DNA from: Cyanophora paradoxa CCMP329
Lineage: Eukaryota > Plantae > Glaucophyta
Direction: 5' to 3'
Length of the DNA stretch: 64,000 bases
NCBI GenBank assembly: GCA_004431415.1
Contig: QPMI01000199.1
Location: 1 to 64,000, forward strand
In this document: positions 11,879 to 21,925 of the stretch, piece by piece
Numbering within the stretch: position 1 is the first letter of the stretch
How the letters are laid out: each line of letters starts with the position of its first letter
Made by a program: the position numbers and the translations under genes
The notes under the pieces: model-generated
The model's database searches: none
What the model was told of the DNA's origin: nothing
Seen by the model: the letters and a program-made list of their open reading frames with translations, nothing else

Positions 11879-12535
11879 CTAGAGGAGGGCGTACGACTTA
11901 AACTCGCGCAGCGCCGCCTGCTCCTCGCTGAGGTTCTCTGACTTCATTCGATCGCTGTAGGGCTCGGGCGGAGTTCCAGCCTTCACGTGCATCCAAAATA
12001 GATGTAAGCACCGCTGCATGAGCTCGATGTACCTCTCGTCCCGTCTGACGTACCACGTTTGCACGCGCAGAGGCGTGAAACAGAAAAGTTCGGCCCAGTC
12101 GCGGCCCGTTATGTCCAGCAGGCCCTGAAGTTGAGTCATGTAATAGGTAGGAACGCTATCGTAAAGTTCGCCCTTGTAAGGGCATTTCACCTCTAAAATC
12201 CTATCATTTCCTATCAGTCCGTCGGGGCTCCCGGCGAGGAACGGCATTTCTTTGTGTTCGTGCAGTCCAGTGTGTTGAATGTCCACGTTATCGTTCAGTG
12301 CCTTGTAGATAGAGACCGCGAGGGGCTCGTAGTCGTGCCCGTAGGTTAGGGCAGGGTTGTCAAAGTTGTTTTCCTCCGCGATCCCGCTCAGCTCCGCCCA
12401 GAGGCGGGCCCTGGATTTCCAGGGATTTATACCACACGCAGCCGCAAAATTAGATGCAGTTAGTTTTTCACGGCGCGCCGCGTGCCACGCCGCGCTCCCC
12501 TGTTGCAAGTTCTCGCAGTCCATATCGGTATGCAT
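11879..12535 (-). CDS. YqaJ-like viral recombinase / lambda-type exonuclease
   Basis: QGSAAWHAARREKLTASNF, GHDYEPLA, FLAGSPDGLI, ILEVKCPY and YYMTQLQGLL: the full PD-(D/E)xK motif set of YqaJ. Intronless. Confidence 0.92.
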   Translation of the reverse strand: MHTDMDCENLQQGSAAWHAARREKLTASNFAAACGINPWKSRARLWAELSGIAEENNFDNPALTYGHDYEPLAVSIYKALNDNVDIQHTGLHEHKEMPFLAGSPDGLIGNDRILEVKCPYKGELYDSVPTYYMTQLQGLLDITGRDWAELFCFTPLRVQTWYVRRDERYIELMQRCLHLFWMHVKAGTPPEPYSDRMKSENLSEEQAALREFKSYALL

Positions 12536-12581
12536 TGGTCTCGCAATAGCGTTTAGAATTTCTTGATGTGTGCAATTGCAA

Positions 12582-13286
12582 ATGTCTGATGACGAAGATT
12601 TGAGCCCAGTCGTGCAGATGGGCGAAGATTCCAGCCCCGAGGAGTTCCTGACCCGCGTAAGGGGCCTGGCACATTGGATCCGAGATAAATTCACGGAGGG
12701 GATGCAAAATCGGATAGGAACGTCATCCTTTCCGCTGAGGGGGCTAGCCCCTGTTGCATCCCAGGGGCTGCGGGATACCGTGAGGCTCGCCCCTCCCTCC
12801 TATGATCGGAACTGGGACTTCAGCAGTGTGCTTACGTCCCTGTACGTGGCGCTGATGTCGCCTAAAAGCCGCGTGGCGCGTCTGCCGAACGAGGTCAGGT
12901 TGAAGATCATGAACTTCATACTCGCAGGTAGAGACGGGCACGAAGGCGATGTGATCAATGGGCTTCGAAATGAGATACAGTGGTACATGCGTACAGGCGA
13001 AGGCGGTGTCCGGCAGTACGACGGCTCACGGTACACGGAGCTCGAGATTCCACGCGAGCTCGTACCCCGGAGCTGGCAAGAGCTTCCGCCCGCCCCACCC
13101 CCGCCCCCGGCCTACGTATCCCCCTTCGACTCGAGGCCCCCCGTCAACGAGCGCAAGCGGCTGCGCGACTGGCTGCAAGACGATCGAAACCGTTTGCCGG
13201 GCGAGCCAAAGGTTGGCAATATACCCCCAGAGGAGGAGGCGTACCCCGAGTTCAAGAACAATCGCTTGACGTGGAGGTGGACGTGA
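12582..13286 (+). CDS. Hypothetical protein with weak F-box-like segment
   Basis: Intact intronless ORF divergent from YqaJ (46-bp gap); RLPNEVRLKIMNFI resembles the F-box LPxE(I/V)xxxI core. Confidence 0.65.
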   Translation: MSDDEDLSPVVQMGEDSSPEEFLTRVRGLAHWIRDKFTEGMQNRIGTSSFPLRGLAPVASQGLRDTVRLAPPSYDRNWDFSSVLTSLYVALMSPKSRVARLPNEVRLKIMNFILAGRDGHEGDVINGLRNEIQWYMRTGEGGVRQYDGSRYTELEIPRELVPRSWQELPPAPPPPPAYVSPFDSRPPVNERKRLRDWLQDDRNRLPGEPKVGNIPPEEEAYPEFKNNRLTWRWT

Positions 13287-13288
13287 TT

Positions 13289-14075
13289 GGGGGTACAGGT
13301 AGAAATTCTCAGCGAGCCGCGAGCGAATGTCGTACGGCGATCAGGAAGCATGGTTCAAGCTACACCGCCTCTTTCCTGATAAATTCGGCAATGCGCGCTA
13401 CCCCCTCAACCTAATGACACGAGTCAACCGGCGGACCAGGGAATTCAAAATCGAAGTGTTTTCATCGTCTCCCGAGAGCGGCCGCTCCGCGGACAACGAC
13501 TCCATGGCATGGTTATACGGCTTCGTCCAGCCTCGCGTCGGCAATAAGCCAGCCACCGTCGAAATAGAAAGCTACTACAACGATTACGGGCCGCACGGGG
13601 GGTACGGGACGCCCGAGCAGAGGGATTCGATGCGGGGGGCGGGCAAAATCCTGATACGGGCCGCTGTAGACGCACTGCAGCGCTCCGGGCTCATTAGCTC
13701 GTCGGACCCGGGCGAGCACGCGGTGGAGCTCAGGGCCCTCCCGGACGCAGTGGAGTACTACGAAAGGGAATTGAACCTGCGTAAGAGAAACCTCGACTAT
13801 AAGCTGTCTCTAATACCCATGGAGGGTACGGTACAGAACATCATCGACAACACGTACAACGTGGCCGTTCGTTGGCGCAAAGCGGCAGCGGATCTCGTAA
13901 AGGGCAACTATAAGGACCTTGCAGACGAAGACAACCCCGTGGGGGAGTACATGGAACTGGCAAGCGGGAGCATCGTACCCCGCCGGAGGCCCCCAAGGCC
14001 CGACCCCGACCTCGAGTGGGGACCGTCGCACTTCGGACAGTGAGGGGGTACAGGTAGAAATTCTCAGCGAGTCGC
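13289..14075 (+). repeat. 32-bp direct repeats (13289-13320 and 14044-14075) flanking the GNAT ORF
   Basis: GGGGGTACAGGTAGAAATTCTCAGCGAG(C/T)CGC, 31/32 identical. Confidence 0.95.
13327..14043 (+). CDS. GNAT-family acetyltransferase-like protein
   Basis: MRGAGKILIRAAV (acetyl-CoA motif A) and VELRALPDAVEYYERELNL (motif B-like); intact 238-aa ORF. Confidence 0.65.
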   Translation: MSYGDQEAWFKLHRLFPDKFGNARYPLNLMTRVNRRTREFKIEVFSSSPESGRSADNDSMAWLYGFVQPRVGNKPATVEIESYYNDYGPHGGYGTPEQRDSMRGAGKILIRAAVDALQRSGLISSSDPGEHAVELRALPDAVEYYERELNLRKRNLDYKLSLIPMEGTVQNIIDNTYNVAVRWRKAAADLVKGNYKDLADEDNPVGEYMELASGSIVPRRRPPRPDPDLEWGPSHFGQ

Positions 14076-14083
14076 ATTGCTCT

Positions 14084-14133
14084 TGTCCCGGGTCTCTGGA
14101 ATCTTAATATAAAATTTCCAGGGACCCGGGACA
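14084..14133. terminator. 50-bp hairpin, copy 3, downstream of the GNAT
   Basis: TGTCCCGGGTCTCTGGAA / TTCCAGGGACCCGGGACA arms, followed by GGTCAGAC as for copy 2 read on the minus strand. Confidence 0.55.
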
Positions 14134-14189
14134 CTCCCGGTCAGACGATTCTTCAATTGGGGGTACAGCATTCAGTTAGAGCCTGAGCG

Positions 14190-17100
14190 TAGTCAGAGGC
14201 CGGGAGGCCCCCCGGGGGGTACGTCGGCTGTTACTCCCCGCGTCGGTTAGTGCTAGCCCCCCTGTTAGTGCAGCGTGTACCTGATCGCAATATAACACCC
14301 AAACCTCCGTGACGCGTGACTCATCGAACCTCCGAGGGTTAACAATGCATTGACAGCGAAAGGGCAAGCTCGAGAGCTCGACCTTTGGCAAGAGCCCACC
14401 TATATATATACGTGGGAGGATTTGCATTAGCACACAACACAACTACAATGAGTTTCACATCGCCCAATAAATCTCTCCGACTAGATACTATCGAGGACCG
14501 TCGTATGCTGTGCTTTAGAAGTACAAAATGAACGAAAGGTTTGAAGGTTTCGTGTCTGGATATCTAGCTAAAGAGGTTTCCACCTAATACTAATGATGTG
14601 TAAGCTAGCTGTATCGATTTCTAAACTAACCTAAACTGCTGGCTACGAGGTCCTATCTCTACAAAAGACTCCCGATCATGGTACGTCCGCCGCCAGCGCT
14701 GCCCAAGGGCCTCGCCGCGCCGTGTGCCAGGCTCCTCGCCAGCCCTAGTAGATTGGGCTACTGGCCGCCTCCTGCCGTCGCCTCCGCCGCCTCCAGTTGT
14801 TGGTGTTGCGTCCTCCGGCCCCGCCCCAGACAGCAAACCCCCGTGTCTCCCTCTAGCGCGGGCGCGCCCTCTTTGTGCCCACGCCCCAAGCATACCTGTT
14901 CGTATGGTCGTACACTTGCATGGCCGCCGAAGCCCGGACCCAGCCGTAGTCGTCTGGCGGGCAGCTCAGGTGTGAGAGGGCTAGGGTTTCCCCGCCCTGG
15001 TGGCGGGACTCGAGGGCACCGCACTCCCTGCAGCGTTCCCGCTGCCGGGGCTCCGGATCCGCGTGCTTCCTGCGAGCGTTGCCAGCCGTATCGTCCGGCG
15101 GCGCATCAGCCTCGCGGTCGCGCGCCCCAGTGCGCTTCGCCTTGGCGCGACGTTCTTTCATGACCTTCGTGATCCCGCACGCCTTCTCCCACTCCGCGTA
15201 CGCCTGGCATCTGGCGGCCCACGTCTTATGGGCCTGCTCGCCTATGGCCGTCGCCAGCTTGCGCACGACCTGGGCAGCTTTCTTGTCGTCCGTGACCGTC
15301 TCGCGGACCATGTCGGTGAGGCCCGCCGGGGGCAGCCCCCGCAGCACGCACATCTGCGCCTGCCGTTCAGCCGCCGTGAGTGTCGGGTCGTTTACTCTCG
15401 TGACCTTCAGGGATCTGGAGAGCGCGTGTGGCACTGATCGCTTCTGCGCGCCTTCGAGGGCCTCGCTGACCGTCGCTGCGATGCGTGCTTCCGCAGCGGT
15501 GCGCGCCTCCGTCGCCACCGCGCTGGGCAGGTGAGGACGTGCTCCAGCGTCTCCTCGGGCCCAGTCACAAGCCGGGGCCGGCCTTCGCCATCGATTTCCC
15601 GCGTGCTGCATAGCGCACAGAGTCCTGCCGGGTTCACTTCGCTGTAGAGCTCGGGCGCGTCTCGCTTGCGGACGAGGGCCGTCGCCACCGTACCCAACAC
15701 GAGTTTCATGTGCGTACCCCGGAAGCAGTTGCTCTCCCGGCTCACCCCGACTCGGCGGGGCCCCATAGCCATCTGATCGTACACGGCCCCATGGTCCACT
15801 GGCAGCCGTAGCCACTCCCGGCCTTGAGCTGGTTCGTCCACGCGAAGTGCGTGTGGTGCGCGTGAAGGACAGCGGCGTGCCGCCGGGGTCGCCTTCGACT
15901 CGCCTGACTATCCCGGTCGGTCCCTCGATCGTCAGCACTGCCGGCATGCTGAACTCGGGCGGCAGGAAGATGTTCTCGTCCAGTTCCTCCTGTTCCAGGT
16001 GCGCGCCTTGATCGGCCGCTCTGTCGGCGGCGTCGTTTAGCTCGTGCATATCCTCGTCGCTGTGCGCCTTGACCTTGATAACCGCAGCCGGCCGCTGCCG
16101 ATCCCGTCCCATCACCAGGGCGCGGAACTTGGACCACGCATACAGCTCCGCGCTGCACGTGTTCCGGATGTAGTCTCGCATGTGCATATCGTGCGCATTC
16201 AGCACGAACTTATCGAACCACGTGCAGACGTTCTGACTGTCCGTGTGCAGGCGCACCCCCTGCGCCGCGAGCACGTCGGCGACGATCGCAGCCTGGAGCT
16301 CAGCCTTGTTGTTCTCTTGAAGCCCGCGCAGCCTGCCAACGTACGTGCCTGCCCATTCCGGGTGGTTCGCCACGGTCCCGTCCGGGAACTCAGCCGGGCT
16401 CACGACGCCGAAGCCCGCGTGCGCCCCTTCCGTCTGACCCTTCTTCAGGCTCCCGTCCGTCCATATCCACTGCTCGAGTTTCCCCGGGCGACGGCCGAGC
16501 TTCGCGAGTTCCGCCTCTTCGATCTGCTCCCAATTTGCCAGCATGTGCTGCCAGTAAACGGTGAGGGTGACCCCTTCCTGCGCCGCCCGGGAGTCCCAGT
16601 GGCGCGGCGCTCCGCCCGCGTAGTAGAGCTCGCTTTGCTCTGCTGAGTCGGACACAGGTTGTGCCTCGTCCCGCGGCTCGGCGCCCGGCACCGCCGCCGC
16701 AGCTACTTCCAGCGCGGCCTGCAGCGCGGCCTCGGCCTCCGGGCTCAGCTGCTCACGGAGGAAGCGCTCGTCACCATCTTGGACGGCTTTCACGCGGGCC
16801 TGGAGAAGCAGCGCCCTGCGCTTCTCGTCGTCTTGCGTGCGCAGGCCCGGGTCGTAGTACTCCAAGGTCGGTCGCAGGGCGACCTGCTTGCGCCCGCGCT
16901 TCGACATCGTCTCCTGTCCCGCCGCTACCGCCGGCGTCTCCTCCGTCGGTTCGCCTTCCAAGGCGAGGAGGGTATCCTCCTCCTCCCACCAGCCCTTCCG
17001 TGCGCCCACGAGCCGTCGCACTGACTCATTTCGGGCAGCGCGACGGGGCATTGCGCGTGCACCGTTCGTCATGGTGCCAGTACTGCTTCCCGGTCCCCTG

Positions 17101-20100
17101 CACCGCCGTGTACGTGCTTGTCCGCCCCTCTATTTCGGGGTGCCGGCAGTGACCGTCGCACCGGCAGTAGAGTCCCTCTTTCTCCGCGTCGGGGTCCGCG
17201 CCCTTCGGCACCGGCACCCAGTGCTCCAGCAGGTACTCCGACGCTAGTATGCTGCCCGTCGCGGACTTGAACGTAACGACTCGCCCCACGTGGGGCTCGG
17301 CAGATTCATCGTGCAGCTGCTCCGCCTCAAACACGGCTACGAACGCGCCCTTCGTCCACTTCACCTTCCGGCCCCGCCGGGGAGCGAGGACATGGCGGAC
17401 GCGCGCTCTCCCGCCCGCCGCATCGGGTGCCGCAGCTTCTTCCCGTCAACCGTGAGCGCGTTCGCCACCTCACGCCACCACGCAGGCTCGCTCTTCTGCA
17501 GCGTCCCCTTGGGCGCGCCCATGTACAGGTCCTGCCAGGTTCGCAGGGTCTCGCCGTCCGCTGCTGTCACCGCGTCCATGGTCGTCACGCCCGCCCCGTA
17601 CAGGGCAGGGCTGCAACGCTGAAGACGGCTCTTGGGATGTGCATTGCAACGACGTAGCGCCGGTCGAGGCGCTCTGGGTCAGGCCAAGGCTTCGCCCCGG
17701 GCAAGGTGCGGAACGCCGCGTAGCGCGCGTGATTCGACATCAGCCGGTACTTACGGCGCTGCATCTGCGGCATGATCGCCGCCAGAGAGTTCCTGCGGGC
17801 GAGGTCGCTGGCAACGGGCGCGTTTAGGAACTCGGTCGGGAGCAGCGGCACCCCAAGCTTCTCCTGCAGCGCGCGCACCCGGTGCCGTACAACCCGGGCC
17901 AGCAGCGAGCCCTCGGGCGCGCAGAGCCGGATCTGAGCCTCTGTGATTTGCGCCTCCGCTTGCAGGTGGGCTGTTCGTTTGAGGCTGTACCCCCCGTGGC
18001 TCCAGATCGCGTAATTCGTCGTCGAGGCGGCGAGGTTCCCGTGGTGCTTGACGACCCGCATCCAAATGCGATCGAGTTCCTGGCACTGACTCTCGCTCAG
18101 GGTCATGAGCTTCAGGCCGTACGAGATGCGGGCCTGTACTACGGCCTCGACAAGGTAGCAGGCCTCATTCGCGGTGAGCTTCTTGCGTTCTATCAGCGCG
18201 ACTGCGCCCCGCGCCTGATCGCAGATGTACTGCCACTGACGATCCCAGTTCAGGTTTGCGCTCATGTATACCCCGAGGAGCTTGAAGTGCTCGTGGGGCT
18301 GGCGGACAAGTCCGACGGGGGTACCGTTGATCTTCGGCGGGGAGGGCTCCTTCTCCTTCTTCTTCGCGGCGGGGTGGGCCCCAGGTTTGCTCTCAACCTC
18401 GCGACGTGCGTTGTTCCACGTGAAGATCGTCTTCTGCGCGTTGACCTCGATATCGTGCAGGCGGAAGAACTCCCCGGCCACGTCGGCCTGGGCCTGCAGC
18501 CCCCGCATGCTTCCGCTCATCCACTTCGTGTCGTCGGCGTACGCCACGCCGCTGACGCGGGCCCGGCCCTCGCGTTCCGCAGCATCGGTCTCCCTCGGGT
18601 TCCCCATCACGTACGCCGTGCCCGGCTCCTCCCAGCTCTCGGGGTGGGCATAGTGCTCTATCGTCTTTGCCGTCTTCTTTCCGTGCTGGCGCTCGTGCTG
18701 ATCCAGGCGCTCTTGCGCGCAGAGGAGGGCATCGTAGAAGATCAGCCAGTGCAGCGGCGACTCGACGCCGCCCTGCGGCAGCCCGCACTCGAGCTCGAAC
18801 TCGTCGGAGAGGCCGTGACCGGAGATTGCCCGCGCCCTGCGGCGCCGGAATATGTTCCTGTGGAGCTCGATGTACCCCTCGGGTACGTTCAGCCTCCGCA
18901 TCGAGAGCTCCATGCTCTCCCACGAGACGGAGTCGTACGCTCGCCTGATATCCTGCAGCAGGATGTACAGGGGCTTCTTGAACTCCTTCGCGTCCTCGAG
19001 GACTGCGTTAAAGACGTGGAGGGCGTCGTCCGTCGAGCAACCAGGTCTGAAGCCGTAGTTGGCCCCTTTCAGGAGCCCGTTCTGATGGATTGTCCGGGAC
19101 AGGCGCGCGTTTAGGAGGCCAGTGGTCAGCTTCAGGGCCACCTCCTGCAGGGTGATTGGTCGCAGGTTATTTTCGATATCCCCGTCCCACTCCCGGCTCT
19201 TGGTGATGCCGAGGATGTTGCCCTGACACACGGCATCCGGTAGGTCCCGGAGGCGGATCGCTTCAGCCACCAGCGAGAGCAGCAGCTTCCGGCCCCAGTG
19301 TACGGGCTCCTCTTCCGCGGTCTCCTCGGCGCTCTCGTCGGCTGGGCTCGGGCCCTCCGGCGCTGGGCCCCCGGCCTCGTCGCCCTTACCGTCTTTGGGC
19401 TTCGGCTTGGGCACCGGCGCCCATAGGAACTTTACCATAGCATACGAGAAGTTAGACGGCCCGGCTGCCGTGTTTCTTAGCGTTTTAATGTAGTCGCCAA
19501 GCTCGCCTTCGCTCGGCACCGTCATGTCGTTTCGGAATAGTTCAGGGTCCGCGTATTCTTTTGGCTCGTATTCCAGCCTCCAGAAATCGAGGAGTTCTTT
19601 CCCCATGCTATCCTTCAGCGCGCTTTCCGGTATTGTCTCTGGGGTGCAGCCCACGCGTGGGCGTCGGCGTCGGCACCATTTCCGCCAGTGCTCTTTTAAG
19701 AGTCGTTTCACTTCCTCAGGCTCCGTGTAGATTTCATACGTTTTTCCGTCCTTGGATACACGCGTGATGTGCATGATCGGGCGGTTTCGCGGCTTTTCTA
19801 GCACCGCGGCTATATAGGATCCGAGCTGGCGGCCGTCCATGAACTTGTCTAGCCTCTCTTTTAATGCCCTCTCAACGTCCTCCGCCTGGAGCGCCCGGCG
19901 GAATTTCTGCAGGTCGTGCCGCGTCCGGTTTCGCCATACTTTCAGCCCCCGGAAGAAGGTCGCCCAGTCCTCTTTGAGCTGCCGCCGATGCGCCTCGGCC
20001 CAGTCCTCTTCATGATCAGCCGGGGGGGGTACGGCTGGGGCCGGCGCGGGGCTACCGCTGTTCGAGCCTTGTGAGCTGTGCGAGCTCGAGTGCCGGGATC

Positions 20101-21925
20101 CGGGCGGCGGTGAGCCTTGCTCAGCCCTCGCTTGGCGCCGTTCAGCCGGACGGAGCGGGAAGGGCCGGAGGCCTTCCCTGGCGGTCACGTAGTGCAGCAG
20201 CTTCTCGATCGCCTGGACCGTTAGCTCCGACGGGATTCCGCCTGGTTCCTTCCTCCAAGCAGCGAGAATGCGGGCAACTCTGGCGTCGGCCTTCGCCTGC
20301 CACGGCAGGTTGCGCGGCTTGGTCGGTTTCCCCCCTCGGCCCCTCATGCATAGATGTTCCTTTGCCACCTCCTGAACAAGGCTCGCGCTCGCAGCGTGGA
20401 TGCGGCTCAGCCGCTCGAGGCGCTCTTCCGGCGTGCCCTCGCCGACGGCGTCAAGGTCCGCCCCGACGGCTTCGCCGAGCTGCCTGTTTAGCTCTCGTTT
20501 CAGCTCATCCTTCTCGTTTTGCGTGCGCTTCAGGCCGTCCGGGTCAAACACCGGTGGCCCGGGTTTCGGTTCTGGCTTCGGTCCCACCGGCGCTGTCATG
20601 CCCGCCTCCTTCAGGTCGAAGTCCGCGAACGCTGGATAGTGGTCCGAGTCGTGCGGCGCATCGACCCACGCGGGGCACGTGTGCGCGCTGAGGAGCGCGT
20701 GATCCAGTGATTCCGAGACCAGCACCGCATCGATGCGCGCCGCGTGCCAGAGCGCATCTTTTGGTAGGTCCGCCGGCGTTTCCTCCTCTGCTTCGCGTTC
20801 CGCGCCCTCTGACTCGTCTACGTCGTCAGACGGCACAGGTGCCGCCGCCGCCCCGACCGACGCCCCTTGGCCCTTGCTTCCGTGCGGGGTGCGGTGCGTG
20901 ATCTCGCGTGCTCCGCAGAGAGTTCCGTCATCATGTTTCGCCGCGTGTGACATCCCGGCGTCGCGCAGGTCCCACGAGTCGATCATCGTGTGCCACCACT
21001 TCCGTTCGGCTTTGTGGCTCTGGGCCAGGGCGCCGTTTCGGATGCGCGAGCTCGACGGGACCGGGACCGAGTTCCAGTCTCCCAGGAGCAGCAGGTGCGC
21101 GTTTTCACGCTCGTAGAAGTCGTCGTACATCTTCGTCAGTTCTTCGATGACCTTCTCCTGATCCTGGCGATGCGCAGCTTTGCTCTCGGACGCGGGCATG
21201 TACACGCTCGCCACGAAGAGCTGGAGGTTCCCTTTGAAGCGGAGCTCGAATCCGATCAGCCGGCCCTGGACCTCGTACTTCGTCGTGAGGTGCTTGACCC
21301 ATTGCGGCGCGACCCAGAGAGCGGCGCCGCTCCCTCGCGTTCCGTCTCCTGATTTTAGCGTGTACAGGAGTTTTCCGTGCGTTATCGCGCCTTCCGGCTG
21401 GAGCGGGTCCTCCCCTCTCGACCTCAAGGCGGCGGCCATCTGGGCCTTGTCATCGACAGCTCCTGCACGCCCGCTACATCGACGTCCCAGCGGCAGCAAA
21501 ACTCTTCTAGCTGCTGCAGCTTGTAGGCGCTGGACCCTCTTGTGTTGAAGGTCATGGCCCTCATCACCCCGTCCGGTTTCTGCTTCCTGATAGCCGGCTC
21601 GTCCCCTATGAAGTCGCCGCCTTCGGGAACAGTCTGGGGGAAAGACATTCGCCAGACGGAGCGTCGCAGCCGCCGCGGGTCCCGCGCCCCCGCCTTCTTG
21701 TTCAGCTGCAGCTTAGTCGCATTTTGTTTCTTTTGGCCCGTCGGCTTGCTGCCGGGCGCCTTTGTAGCTGGGGCTGCTTTTGCCGCGGCAGGGGCCGCGG
21801 CCGCAGCTTTAGTTTTCTTTTTCATTTAGTAACATTAGATGCGTGGACTTTTTGCATCCCAGTGCCCTCGCGGGTGTGCACGGGAAAGCTACGGCCAGCG
21901 GGCAGATATCGATGGTGCGGTTGAC
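14190..21925 (-). mobile_element. Non-LTR retrotransposon, single ORF, 12-bp TSD
   Basis: AGAGCCTGAGCG occurs at 14178-14189 and 21926-21937 and brackets an APE-RT-RNase H polyprotein. Confidence 0.9.
14853..21825 (-). pseudogene. APE endonuclease - reverse transcriptase - RNase H - CCHC polyprotein, broken by several frameshifts
   Basis: APE: TFNTRG, DVAGVQE, LGDWN, RIDAVLV, SDHYP. RT: LRPITL, GFRPG, DIRRAYDSV, GLPQGGVESP, YADD, FKLLGV. RNase H: WTDGS, NNKAEL, HTDSQ, KVKAH, NDAADRAA. Zn knuckle: CALC..HVLTC. Confidence 0.93.

Larger units (their letters stand above)
596..14177. mobile_element. Putative endogenous large-DNA-virus segment (NCLDV- or mirusvirus-like), GC-rich, partly intron-containing
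   Basis: D5-like SF3 helicase, YqaJ-like exonuclease, GNAT and densely packed small orphan or membrane genes, with a shared upstream TTTCT motif. No capsid or polymerase recognised; boundaries approximate. Confidence 0.6.

Noticed and set aside
11720-14146. CRISPR array from the repeated hairpins or 32-bp repeats
   Set aside because: Only 2-3 copies, gene-sized or irregular spacing, no cas genes, eukaryotic context.
14853-21825. Programmed frameshifting in the LINE polyprotein
   Set aside because: Similar single-base shifts occur in many unrelated genes in the window; indel errors or decay are simpler explanations.
21826-21925. HDV-like ribozyme in the LINE 5' UTR
   Set aside because: An L3-like TTCCCGT and a GATGC/GCATC stem followed by TAA are present, but I could not build consistent P1, P2 and P3 pairings.
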